Part shown: positions 49,540 to 64,000 of the stretch, piece after piece
How the letters are laid out: every line of letters starts with the position of its first letter
Position numbering within the stretch: the first letter of the stretch is position 1
Assembly: GCF_000315625.1 (NCBI RefSeq)
Contig: NW_005434667.1
Span: 467,160-531,159, forward strand
Direction of reading: 5' to 3'
Length of the DNA stretch: 64,000 nucleotides
Origin: Guillardia theta CCMP2712
Lineage: Eukaryota; Protista; Cryptophyta
Notes under the pieces: model-generated
What the model saw: the letters and a program-made list of their open reading frames with translations, nothing else
What the model was told of the DNA's origin: nothing
Databases searched by the model: none
Position numbers and translations under genes: made by a program

Positions 49540-52520
49540 ATGGCCGTTTCGAACGTAACGGTATTCCAAAGGATCGGAGAGAACATGCAGCGGGGGACGC
49601 AAGAGGGAGAGAGGATGGGAGGGGAGGGGGAGGAGGAGAAGGGGAGAGGGAGAGACGAGGCCATGAAGGTCGAAGGAGAAGATAAGATGGAGGAGGATGA
49701 GGACGAGGAGATCAGCTTCAAGTATGTCTACATCCCCTGCGACGATGGCAAGGAGATCCAGGAGTGCGTCATGCGGGCTAAGAAGAGCCAGTCGATGCAG
49801 TGCATGCTCGGTGAGTTTCATGCAGGGAACTATGTCGAACATGCACGCGTGCTGAGATGCTTACCTGCCCTGTCAGACTATCTCAGGCCTTACTTCGCGG
49901 AGGCAGCCAAGATAAAGTCGGAGGAGCAGAGGAGGAAACTCAAAGTACGTGCTCCTACCGCAGCTCCCTCCCCTCGCTCACTAGCATGGCAGGAGAACAT
50001 TTCTGCTGAGCTTGCGAAGAACGCAGCTAAGGTCTCCGACTACGCCGTCTGGTCGATCTGACGAAGAGCAGGGAGGCATGAAGTCCGACGACATATCAGC
50101 CACCATGATCGACAGCATGACCGAGAGTCAGTTTGTATGCTCGCCGAGGCTCTCCTCCGGTGCAGAACTTGACGATCCGACATGCAGGTTGACATCGTTC
50201 CTCTCATCCCAGCCGTAGCTGCCTGCAAGTGTGCCGGACTTGCTTGACCTTAGAGCTCACTGACCCTCTTCAACGTAGCTGGATGTCCGTGACCATGTAC
50301 GTCGACGACAAGGGATCAGCCAAGGTGAGTCAGAGTCCGTTCAGCCTCCCTCCTCCTCCTTCCTCGGTCTTCCTCCTTCTCCCTCAGTCTTCCTCCTACT
50401 CCCACGGTCGTTTCTTTCCCTCCCTGTTACCCGTGGAAGCAAAGGTTCCTCCCTCACCTCTCAATGTGTGCCAGGAGCTCCCGGTGAATGCTCGGGCCAC
50501 TGCCATCGTGTCCATGGCAGGGGGAAGCGTATCGGTGAGTGGGAGGAGGAAGAGGAAGGGCCGTAGGGAGGGAGAGGGAGGGGTACGAGGAGGGAGAGGG
50601 AGGGGTACGAGGAGGGAAAAGGGGGAAGCACAATGGAGCAAGAGTACCGCCTACATGCCGTAGCAGCCCGGATGTGACCGTACGCGAGTCGAGCAGGTGC
50701 TGGGAGATGCGTTCGTAGCGCGAGCATACGACAATGAGGCAGAGGATCTTGTAAGGCATGACTTCCTCCTCGAGGAACTGGCGGCTGACGCCCCTTGGTA
50801 ATGGAAGGGGGAACAGAGGAGAGGGGAGGGGAAAGAAAGGAGGGGAAGGGAGGGGAAGGGAGGGGAAGGGAGGGAAGGTGAGGGAAAGGGAAATGGAGGG
50901 AGGGGAGGGGAGGGGAGGATTGGCTGGTGCTCACTTTGCCAAGGCTGCGAGAGGCATGGAGAGTGAAGCTGATCGTCGAGGGAAACCGGGACAGCAAGGG
51001 GAAAGAGGATGAACACTTAGATGAAGCTCGAATTGTGTCTAAGGTGAAGAGGAGGAGGAGGAGGAGGAGGAGGAGGAGGAGGAGGAGGAGGATGAGGATG
51101 ATGATGATGAGGAGGAGTAAAGCAGTTCCAGGTGCTAGAGGATGGCTTTCCTTTCGTGCCCCCCCTGCATCAACCAGTCCACCAGGACGCTCGCAAGGAG
51201 GCAGCTGAGAAGATCCGAGCAAAAGGCAACGAGTACTTCAAGCAGGGCAGGTAGGAAAGGACCAAATCGCAGCAGTTGCTGACTTTCTTGCCCTTCCCCT
51301 GCCCCTGCCCCTGCCCCTGCACCTTCCCCTCCCTGCTCCACTAATGACCTGCTCCTGCTCAGTTTTGAGGATGCTCTCTTTGAATACTACAAATCCGTTC
51401 GCTACCTCAGCATCATGCCAGCTGTCTTGGACGACAAAGTTGTACAAGTTGAATTCCATGAAGCATCCTGATAGCAGGGCAGGCGACTGCTTCGCTGGTT
51501 TCGGCGCTGTCAAACGCTGCAGCTTGCTGGCTGAAGCTCGAGAAGTACAAATTGGTGATCTCGAGTACTCCCTCCCTCCTCCCTCCTCCCTCTTACCCTA
51601 GGAGGGAGCAGCAGGGAGCTGCTTCCTCCTCTTGCCCGTCTGCCCTCCTGCCTGCTATCGACTCGATTGTCTCGCATTCCCGCTCTTCTTTCTTGCTTGA
51701 CCGGCTCACACTCAACGTCGGCAGTGTGACAAACTCTGCTCCAACACCCTCCAGCTGGAACCGAAGAACGTGAAGGCGCTTTTCAGGTAGCTTCTCAGCT
51801 TCTCAGCTTCTCAGCTTCTCAGCATCTCAGCTTCTCAGCTACCTCCTCCTCTCCTCCTCTCCCTCCCCTGCTCACGGATTCCTGGTTATGTTCTGCTTAC
51901 CTATTGGTCGCTCCTGCTTTCTTCAGCATTACCCACTTCCTTGTGCCCCTGACCTCCTCCCTCCTCCCTCCCCTGCTTCTCTCTCACTGGCTCGCAGGAA
52001 GGGCATGGCTCTTCGTGGGATGCAGCAGTGGCAAGAAGCTCTCACAGCTCTAGAGCAGGTGGGCAGGGGAGGATGAAGGAGGAGGGCAGGGGGGGAGGGA
52101 AAGGAGGCGCAAGGAGGGCAGGGGGGGAGGGAAAGGAGGCGCAAGGAGGGCTGAAAGCTGCCTCAGGCGGCAAGTCTGAACCCCTCAGATGCTGCGGTGG
52201 CAGCGGAGCGAGCGAAGGCTGAGAAGGTGAGGGAGGGAGGGAGGGAGGGAGGGAGGGAGGGAGGGAGGGAGGGAGGGAATGTGGAAGGGAAGATGGGGAA
52301 GGGGAGGGAGGGACAGACGGAGGTGATGAAACGGACTGGGCAGGATGTGAAGAAACATCTGTACGGGTGGTGAGAGGGTACTGGAGGATACCAAACGAGC
52401 GGAAGCGAGAGAGGAAGGGTCATGAAATCAAGAACAGCACAAGAACGATGAAGGTGGTCAGGTGAGAGACGATGACGTCGAAGTGAAGGACAGTAGATGG
52501 GAAGGCAGGGTGCCATGAAT
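49540..52520 (+). CDS. Protein with a DUF3846-like N-terminal domain and a C-terminal TPR domain (multi-exon, 3' end approximate)
   Basis: YVYIPCD, MYVDDKGSAK-ELPVNARAT and VLGDAFVAR. TPR helices AEKIRAKGNEYFKQG, LQLEPKNVKALFR-KGMAL and LNPSDAAVAAE. Confidence 0.7.
51790..51840. repeat. (CTTCTCAG)n intronic tandem repeat
   Basis: About six 8-bp units directly after a splice donor. Confidence 0.85.
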
Positions 52521-52679
52521 TATGTTTTATGTTTCACTAGAGTATCACTTGAATCACTTGCTATAGTACTGCTCACTGCTTCTTGCCATTACGACGAATA
52601 AATAATCAAACATCACCACAAGTCCTCATCTCCCTTCTCCTGCCCCCTCCTCCTCCTCCTCCCTTCTAAAGTAACAGTT

Positions 52680-55219
52680 TCAAGACGAGAACAAAGAGTC
52701 CGCAAACAGCTCAGCGTCTTGAAAGTTTCCAACGTCGTGCACGCACGCGTCGCTCCACATATTCTCCAGCTCCTCCCCGTGACCCTCCTGCTTCTCCCCA
52801 ACGCCCTCGAGCAGCAGCAGCTGCTGTTGCTGCACCCACTCCGGAAGGCTGGAGTCGTGCGGTCCCTTCCTCCCGTTCCTCTCGCCCGCAGCCATCCTCT
52901 CCTCGTTGCCGCTGGCGTACGGGAGGGTCGAGCTCTCCGCGAACTTGCGAATGAGGAAGGAAGAAGCAGCCTTGGCGCCCTCGAGGGTTGTGAACGAGAG
53001 CTTCTCCTCGTCGCAGGCTGCGATGAAGTCCCTCCTCCTCGAGGCCACGGAGCAGAGGCGGAGAGAGGAGTCGTCCTCCTCCAGCACCGGGATCGCCGCG
53101 TCGTCGATGGTGTCGTGCAAGTTAGCGACGAAGAACCTATCCTTGAACGCGACGATCCTCGCGAGCATCGACGCCTCCGTCGCGTCCTGAGCCTCCTGCT
53201 GCATCCTCGCTGCCGTGCTCTTCATGGCGCTGAACGAGTGCTCCTCCGCCAGATCGCATGCAGGTAGGATGCAGGGAGGGAAGTACTCGAGGCGGGAGAG
53301 GTGCGAGCTGCTCTCGTACTCGGTGATCAGCCCGGCCTCCTTGGCTCCCTCCAGCAGCCGCTTGTACCACTGCGCCATCCTCAGCGTCGCCTCAAGCCTC
53401 ACAGCCGCAGTGCGGAACGCGAAGATGTGGCTGGACTCGGCCGAAGGAGGAGGAACTCTGAGGTGAACGTGGCGGAAGCCCTGGGAGCGGACGAACTTGA
53501 GGTAGCCATGCACGATGGCGGTAAGGACGCGCTGGCGGTCTGTGCTCTTGTCGTTGCCGAAGAGCGGGATGGAGTCGAGGCACTCGATGTAGACGCGGCC
53601 GGCGGCAGGGGACGGAGCATCGATGCCGAACTCGTGCACGTACATACCGAAGAAGATCACTTCCTCCCCTCCGTCCACCTTCTGGAAGGCGAAGATGCTC
53701 TTGACCCTGTAGGGGTAGCGGGGCGCGAAGCCTCCTCCTGTCGTCAGCAAGGACTCGGAGACTACCCGCACCCGCACGTCCTTTTCAGCAGTAGACACGC
53801 TCTTCGCTTGCTGGGTCAAGAACACACACAGCGCTGTCTCTGGCAGGTCGCTGGAGAGGACGCGAGGGCCAGGGGAGGCCCCACCCTTCACTCCCGTGGG
53901 AGGAAGAGGAGCAGGAGCAGTCGCCGAGCCTTCCTTCTTCACGGCGACAGCAGGGGTCTTGAACGCCGTCGCCCGCGTCCTGGCATGTCCGCACTGCAAG
54001 CATTTTCCTCCTGCCGAGAAGGTTCCGAACATGTCGAGCTCGCATGCAGGGCAGCCGGACGAGGAGAGGCTTCCTCCTGCCCCAGCAGCAGCTCCCAGCT
54101 TCGGCTTCTCCTCCGCCAACTCCACCGCAGGGACAGCTGCCTCCCCGACCTTCATCCTCTTGCCGTACTCCGCCGGCAGGACCGGCATGAAGGATCCTCT
54201 CCTTTTCACAGGCTGCTCCTTGTTGCTGCTCCTCGTCTCGTACTCGGGTGTGTACTCGAGCTCGATGGCGATTCCGTGCTCGTCCACGAGGTCTTGCAAG
54301 ACGTTCTTGAAGTCCTCAGGAGACAACTTCTTCTCGACATACATCTTGATCGAGTCCGTCAGCTTCTTCTTTCCCGTCGAAGAGATCTGCTCCTGAGTCA
54401 GCCTCCTCCTCCTCCTCCTCCTCCTCTTCTCGTCACCTTGCTGCCAAGCTTCCGGATCACGTGCATAAGGTAACCGTTGACCTTCTCCTTCTGGCTTCCA
54501 GGGAACTTGCCCAACTGTCTCCTCCTTGCTTCCTTCCTCCTCCGGTAGATCAGCTTCGCTGTCATGTCCACCGCAAACTCCACTTTGCTCTCCACGTCCT
54601 CCATCATTTCTGCATTGCTGCCGCCGCACATTCGGGCCGACGGTTGACCAGGCAGGTTCTTGTTCTGAACTGACAAGCTGTTGACCTTTGACTTGTTCAG
54701 CATGCCTTTCTTACCATATGCAGTGATGTAATCTTCACAAGGAATCATATTTACTGTCTTCATGCCAGCAGTCTTCACTTTCATCGCATTCTCCACATCC
54801 TTGCCAACGCTCACGCCAAATGCTCTGGTCAGTGTCGGCGATTGGTTTGAGATGGACTTGAGAAAAGACATGAAGTCTTCAGCAGTGAATTTGTGATCCT
54901 GCACACAAACACAGGTCAACAATCTTCATACGCCTTCGACGGAGGAGCATACCTGGAAGCACTGATAGCAAGTTTCCGTCGCTCTCCTCGTGCCGTCAGG
55001 AAGCTCTGCGATCGCTTGGAAGAGGAGATTCTCCGTCAGGGGCGGAGGGAGAACCGAGTCTGCCTTGTACTCTGTGTTCCTCCTGTTCGCTACAGCCGTC
55101 TTTGCGATGCTAGAGGGAGCTGGGCGTCTGGCCTTGGTCGTTCGGGCAGGAGCAAGAGCCATTGGAGCCCCAACGAAGCACGACCTCGAGTAGAGGTGGA
55201 GATGCTGCGGCATTGCCAT
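52680..55219 (-). CDS. Divergent CBP/p300-type (KAT11) histone acetyltransferase domain with N-terminal RST-like helical domains
   Basis: YPYRVKSIFAFQKVDG..FFGMYVHEFG..RVYIECLDS..GYLKFVRSQGF..QWYKRLL, and later SRRRDFIAACDEEKLSFTTLEGAKAAS. Introns near 54895-54945 and 54390-54435. Confidence 0.85.
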
Positions 55220-56739
55220 CTTTCACCGGCAAGATTCACGCAGGAGGAAGTTCCGTGATGAAGGCTGACGAGACTTCACACAGACAGTTGGACGAATGAT
55301 GAGACGATTCTCACTGCCTCGCTTCGTTATGGATCAACCACCTCGAGGCTGCGAGGTTGCCAAGGACGAGGTTTGCTCGCCAAGGCTTCAGTGAGGCTGC
55401 AACGAGTGCGGCGAGGATGGGAAGTTGACTCGGCAGGCCGTGGCGGAAGGATTTATATTGCACTGGGGAGGAACACTTGTCGGAAAGGCAGGCCTCAACA
55501 AAGATTGTACGCCTGGATCAAGAGAGCGACGAAGAATGGAAGCGAAGAGACGGAGATCAGAAGAAAGGCAGAAGAGTCAGAAGGACAAGAGTGCTGGAGA
55601 AGGAGGAGGGGGAGGAGTAATGCTGGATATCAGGTGAAGGGCGCGCAACGAAGGTAAGATTCCAAGAGGGGGAGAAGGCAGAACAGGAAGAGGAGGCCAG
55701 TCGGGAGGAAGGGAGGGTTCGGGGGCTGCCAGCGAAGGGAAGAGGGTCGGTTGGGGGTACCACCCACCACCCCCTGCTTCGATCCACACTGCAGGGATAC
55801 CATGGGTACCTTTCAGGGGTACTGGGTGGACATCCCGGTGGGTCGGGTGGAGAGATTTGTTACGGGTTGGGGGCAAAAAGAGTTTTAAAAATATTTAGAG
55901 TTTTAAAGATGATTATTTTTAGAGGAAATGTTAAAACACATTTAAATTTTAATAAAAACATTTTGCAGGTACACTATTCTGGCAACAATCATTTGTACAA
56001 TTGTTACATTATTGTAATCTTACATGTATATAGTCAGTACTTCCTGCCCCCCACCCCTGATCGTTTGACTACAACCTGCGTACCCCACCCCAGATTGCAA
56101 TACCCCTGATTTACACACCCCACAGGCTTCAAGATTTGTATCCACCCACCCCCTCTTTTCCCGCATGACTGGCAGTACATGACTGCTATGCGCCTTCTTT
56201 GAGTACCCCACCCCTGTATGCTGGAATTTTTTACTTCTCGAAAACCAAGATTGCATCGGGATCCTCACTACACCGCCTCTATCTTACCCCACCCCATCCG
56301 TCCCAGCAGATTCCTACTACTTGCTAATAATACAAAGAAGGGGTAGGGTACCTATGAATTAAGCCTACAGGTGTTGGAGGGGTAGTCCGGAAGGGGTAGT
56401 AAAATTCTTGGGAAAGTTGTCAAAAGTGAAACGTACAGGGTGGTGGTTGAAATATTTTGAGTATACTCCTTTCTTTGTGCGTAACATTTCAAATCTGGGC
56501 GAAATTTATCGGATAGGAAGTCAAAAAGATACAGATCTCCGAGAGTACCCAGCCCTACCAAATCCTTAACTTGTGATCCACCCTACCCATCGACCTTCCC
56601 TCACCCACCCATGCAATCAACCATGTCACATACAAGGAGGAGTCATCGGTATCTCCCGCTATTGTTGTCGAAATGTTATCTTTTCGGTCCCATTACCCCT
56701 CATCCAGTCTTGCCGCCCCGCCGTGAATGTCGGGAGGTG

Positions 56740-58080
56740 TAACCATCGCCGGGCCTTTTACTCAAAGTTAAATCGGCAGTGCAGGCCCGCCGCCGCCCGC
56801 CGGGCCTGAGAGTTCGCCGGTACAGCGGGCGGGCAGTGCCGCCAGTCCCGGCCGCGCCACCGAGCGACCGGGCCCGGCCGGGCCCGGGCGGCCCGCCGCC
56901 CGGCTCACTGGCCTTTGAGTAAAGGCAGAGTCAGCCTCGGAGGCTCGTTCCGGGATATCATCGCGGCGGCTCGGATCAAGTTCAGAGTCAACCGTGGCCC
57001 CCGCCGCCGCCGGCGCACCCGGGCCCGGGGCCCAGCTACTGCTGTCTCCCGACGCGGCGCCCCGGGCCCTTGACAGTCACGTGATCATGCGGATATCATG
57101 GCTCTTCAGATAAATCAATTAATTTATCTCGCAACATCTCTCTGTAAGCTCGGTCTTTACCCCCCGCGGAAAGAGACGCAAGGTACCAAACCGTAGATTC
57201 GTCGTCACTCACCGGTTCAATTCTCAATCTTTTGAAGGGTGGGGGTGGTGCTGATCCTCCGAAAGCCTTTCCCGGATGCACCGTAGGGAGAAACCGCGGG
57301 ATGAAGGATTCCAGGGGGGATTTTTGCGATTTTCACAAACTATCTTGTGTTGACTTGAAATTATTGTGAAGATCTTGGACGTAAGAATATTGTTTGAAAT
57401 TACTGAGGCCGCCCAATCAAGGCTCGGGATGCGAGGAGGCGGGGTCGGGTAAAAAGCAATATTATGATAATAATTATGATTGTTAAATAAAAGATTAGTA
57501 TATGAAAACGAGTCTCATCGAACGCAGAAGGGTGTGATTTCAAAATTGGGTTTTAGAGTTTTTGCCGTGAATACGGGGCTGTTTAAAACTGTTTTCATCC
57601 TGATGGAAACATATATTTTGGAAATATAAAACAATTTATACTGTGTTTTTAACACATTGTTCTCGGTACTGCTATTTTATCCCTGCACTAGTTATAAATC
57701 ACTGAATTGTGACTACCGTCCCTGAGGACCCGGCCCGGCGGGCCGCCGGGCGGCCCCAGTGCGAACCGTCAGCCCGGAGGACTCCCGGACGAGTCGGCCG
57801 GGCCCTCACTCAGGTTCCGCCGGCCGATTCTACGGTATTACTAGTGAAGGTGTAAGTCGAAGGTGTACGACCTAGCCTGAAAAAAGCCCTGGTATCTTTA
57901 ACTAGCCTGGCAGGCCGCCGCACGTTAAGTCAAAAGTACGCACTGTACTCTTTACTCAGTGTCACACCGGGCTCGCCGCCGGAGTCCGATCGTGCTCCGA
58001 GGCCGGGCTCCGAGTCGCCGCACTGCGGCAGGCTGAGGCCCTCGGAGTGACGCCAGTCGTGTACTAGATGAGTCTCAACG
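56740..58080. mobile_element. Putative non-autonomous element: GC-rich arms around an AT-rich core
   Basis: GC-rich 56740-57090 and 57720-58080 share inverted short matches. The core 57096-57715 is AT-rich. Motifs are shared with the elements at 19.4 kb and 27.2 kb. No transposase is seen. Confidence 0.4.
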
Positions 58081-58926
58081 TTACATCCTCCCTCCCGAGT
58101 CCTCCTCCGAGTCGTTGTCCGACAACCCGATCATGCCCTTGAAGTCCACCAAGGTCTTGTAAAGAGGACGGAATTTCTTCCTCACCTCCCTGATCAACTG
58201 CTCCCTCATCTCGTCTTCGTCGCATCCGGCCTCCTCCTCCTTCCTAATCGACCGCACGAGCCGAGCAGCGTCGGACACCGCGTGGGCCAGGCCTTGGCAC
58301 ACCCCCTTCATGCCTTGCTCGATCTGCATCATCCTCATAGCATTCTCCTCCAGTGCTTTCCTCAGGGCCTCGTTCTCTCGCAGCAGGGCCTCCACCGACC
58401 CAGCAGCCTGCCCACCAGCTCGCTCCTCCTCGCCCGCCCATGAACCTCCACAAACCCGACCGACCAAGCTGCCGAGGTTCGGAGGGTCGTCGCCGAGTGC
58501 TAGTCGCCTCCTCTTGACGCCTTCCATGGGGGGAGTGCACTGGACCAGCGTCTTGCTCGGCGTCTCCTTCTTCCCCCCATCCGTCAGAGCACAAACCGAA
58601 GCATGCACCCGAAACATCAGCCGCACCTCCTCCTCCTCGCCATGGTTGACGACGATCTCGTCGCCATTGCGCAGATCGCACAGGCAGAACCATGGCAGTG
58701 AGTTCTCGGTCCCATCCGAGGAAACGATCACGGTCGTCCTCTTAGATAAGCTCTCGATCTTCGCTCGAGGAGCAGGGGACGATCCCGTCCGGATGATCTC
58801 GAACTGAACGCTGTCAAGAGAGGCCTTCAGGTTGGGGGGCACCATGATGTTGCTGAACGTGAACTTGTCCGTGCTGATCATGACACACCTGTCTGGCATC
58901 TCCAGGTAGCACCAAGCTGGCGCCAT
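58081..58926 (-). CDS. Degenerate FHA-like domain + coiled-coil protein, intronless
   Basis: AWCYL..FTF..FEIIR..AKIESLSKRTTVIV..DLRNGDEIVV..LMFRV follows the FHA strand pattern but lacks the GR and SxxH motifs. Also KRRRL and a coiled coil LLRENEALRKALEE. Confidence 0.6.
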   Translation of the reverse strand: MAPAWCYLEMPDRCVMISTDKFTFSNIMVPPNLKASLDSVQFEIIRTGSSPAPRAKIESLSKRTTVIVSSDGTENSLPWFCLCDLRNGDEIVVNHGEEEEVRLMFRVHASVCALTDGGKKETPSKTLVQCTPPMEGVKRRRLALGDDPPNLGSLVGRVCGGSWAGEEERAGGQAAGSVEALLRENEALRKALEENAMRMMQIEQGMKGVCQGLAHAVSDAARLVRSIRKEEEAGCDEDEMREQLIREVRKKFRPLYKTLVDFKGMIGLSDNDSEEDSGGRM

Positions 58927-59324
58927 GGCAGCTGTTTGTCTTGCGCCCTATCGAGCCAGTGCGATGAGGATGAGCGATCACCTCGACATGTAGAGACTGT
59001 TGGAAGCAAATGAAATCCTTTTGTGTAACGGTTGTGAAGGCAGAGGCAAGTCAGGGGCAAGAACCAGGAGCAAGTAGATGCTATGCAGAGAGAAGCAGGA
59101 GGAGGAGGGAGAGGGAAAGGAGGGAGGGGAAAGGAGATGGGAGGGGAAGGAGGCGGGAGGCGGGAGGGAAGAGGGCGGGAGGGGAAGGATGAACGCGAAC
59201 GAGGAAGGGAATGGATTTGTGCAGGCCAGTTGAGGTGATGGCGGGGGTGCTTGAAGGAGGGGTCATACGAAGATGATAAATGGGGGTAGATAATACAAGG
59301 GGGTGGTAGAACATTGATCGGGGC

Positions 59325-63269
<3,945 letters not shown>

Positions 63270-64000
63270 GGACAGAGTGTTTGCAGGAAGAAGTGATGGT
63301 TGGGACAGACGATGGCAGACAAGGGGAGGGAGGAGGGAGGAGGGAGGGAACGAGGATAGAAGACTGAGTTAGACAGGAGAGTACGGGAGGAGGAGAGGTA
63401 TCAGGTATCTCAATTCGATTTTAAAGAGACTTGTCAGCGATCCTCTGCAAGATCTCACACTTGGTGATCCAAGGAAAACAAGAGGGGAGGAGAGGAGGGG
63501 CAGACTGCGCTCAACTAACTCCTCTGTCCTCCCTCTGCTCTGCATGACTGCGCTATCACTTCTGGAAGTAGGAGTCCCTGTGAACACTTCAGCTGCTCTC
63601 CTCTCCTCCCCTCTTCTACTCACATTCCCTTGTCCAGATCTTCGTTGGAGGGCGCAGCACGACCACCTGCAACTACAGTCACAGGGCCAGCAACGTCCCC
63701 ATGCTCTATTTTCTTGCCTCCACCGCCTCCACCGCCTCCGCGTCCTCCTCGTCCACGCGCGGCGCCACGTCTAGGCCTACACACAGCGTGAGCCTCAGCC
63801 AAGATGCACAGGAGTCTGAAACCTGAATCCTCCTCCTCCGAAGCCTCCTCCACCGAAGCCTCCTCCTCCGAAACCCCCTCCTCCGTAGCCTCCTCGTGCG
63901 GGAGCGCCGATGCCAGTGATGGTCACCCTGCCATGCGGGTCAGCAACAACGAGGGGGCAGGTACCTGTCTCACATTGTGGGCTGCGAGGTAGCGGCCTGA

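Noticed and set aside
53301-54473. Long antisense ORFs (also 43361-44593 and 60363-61457)
   Set aside because: Shadow ORFs opposite GC-rich genuine genes.
57720-58080. Helitron 3' end (hairpin + CTAG)
   Set aside because: CTAG sites are present, but no clean subterminal hairpin at the expected spacing and no RepHel sequence.
63600-64000. Start of another gene at the window edge
   Set aside because: Too little sequence to assign strand, frame or product.

Overview
Gene-dense eukaryotic nuclear DNA with many short (mostly about 45-55 nt) GT-AG introns and GA/CT microsatellite-expanded introns. Bipartite signal-plus-transit leaders point to an alga with a complex red plastid, probably a cryptophyte (inference). 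Recognisable genes are a plastid-type TruC pseudouridine synthase, a nucleolin-like multi-RRM protein, a CBM20-TPS-TPP protein, a PLAC8 protein, Exo1, calmodulin, a BROX-like Bro1 protein, an acylated EF-hand protein, Sec61-gamma, PrimPol, a TPR protein, a minimal p300/KAT11-type HAT and a tandem SGNH/PC-esterase protein. The most novel items are: (1) an intronless SCAP/HMGCR-type sterol-sensing domain fused to a MARCH-type RING-CH ligase; (2) a signal-peptide/RLRGG-leader PrimPol with a SAP domain and tandem DUF5710-like repeats, possibly nucleomorph or periplastid targeted; (3) a three-member TQ-cluster/coiled-coil family in inverted duplication around Exo1, plus a degenerate FHA-coiled-coil gene, all flanked by one family of GC-rich elements; (4) a catalytically degenerate starch-binding TPS/TPP; (5) GGGGTA-rich spacers at divergent promoters. 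Exon boundaries were read by eye and multi-exon ends are approximate. No database searches were run.
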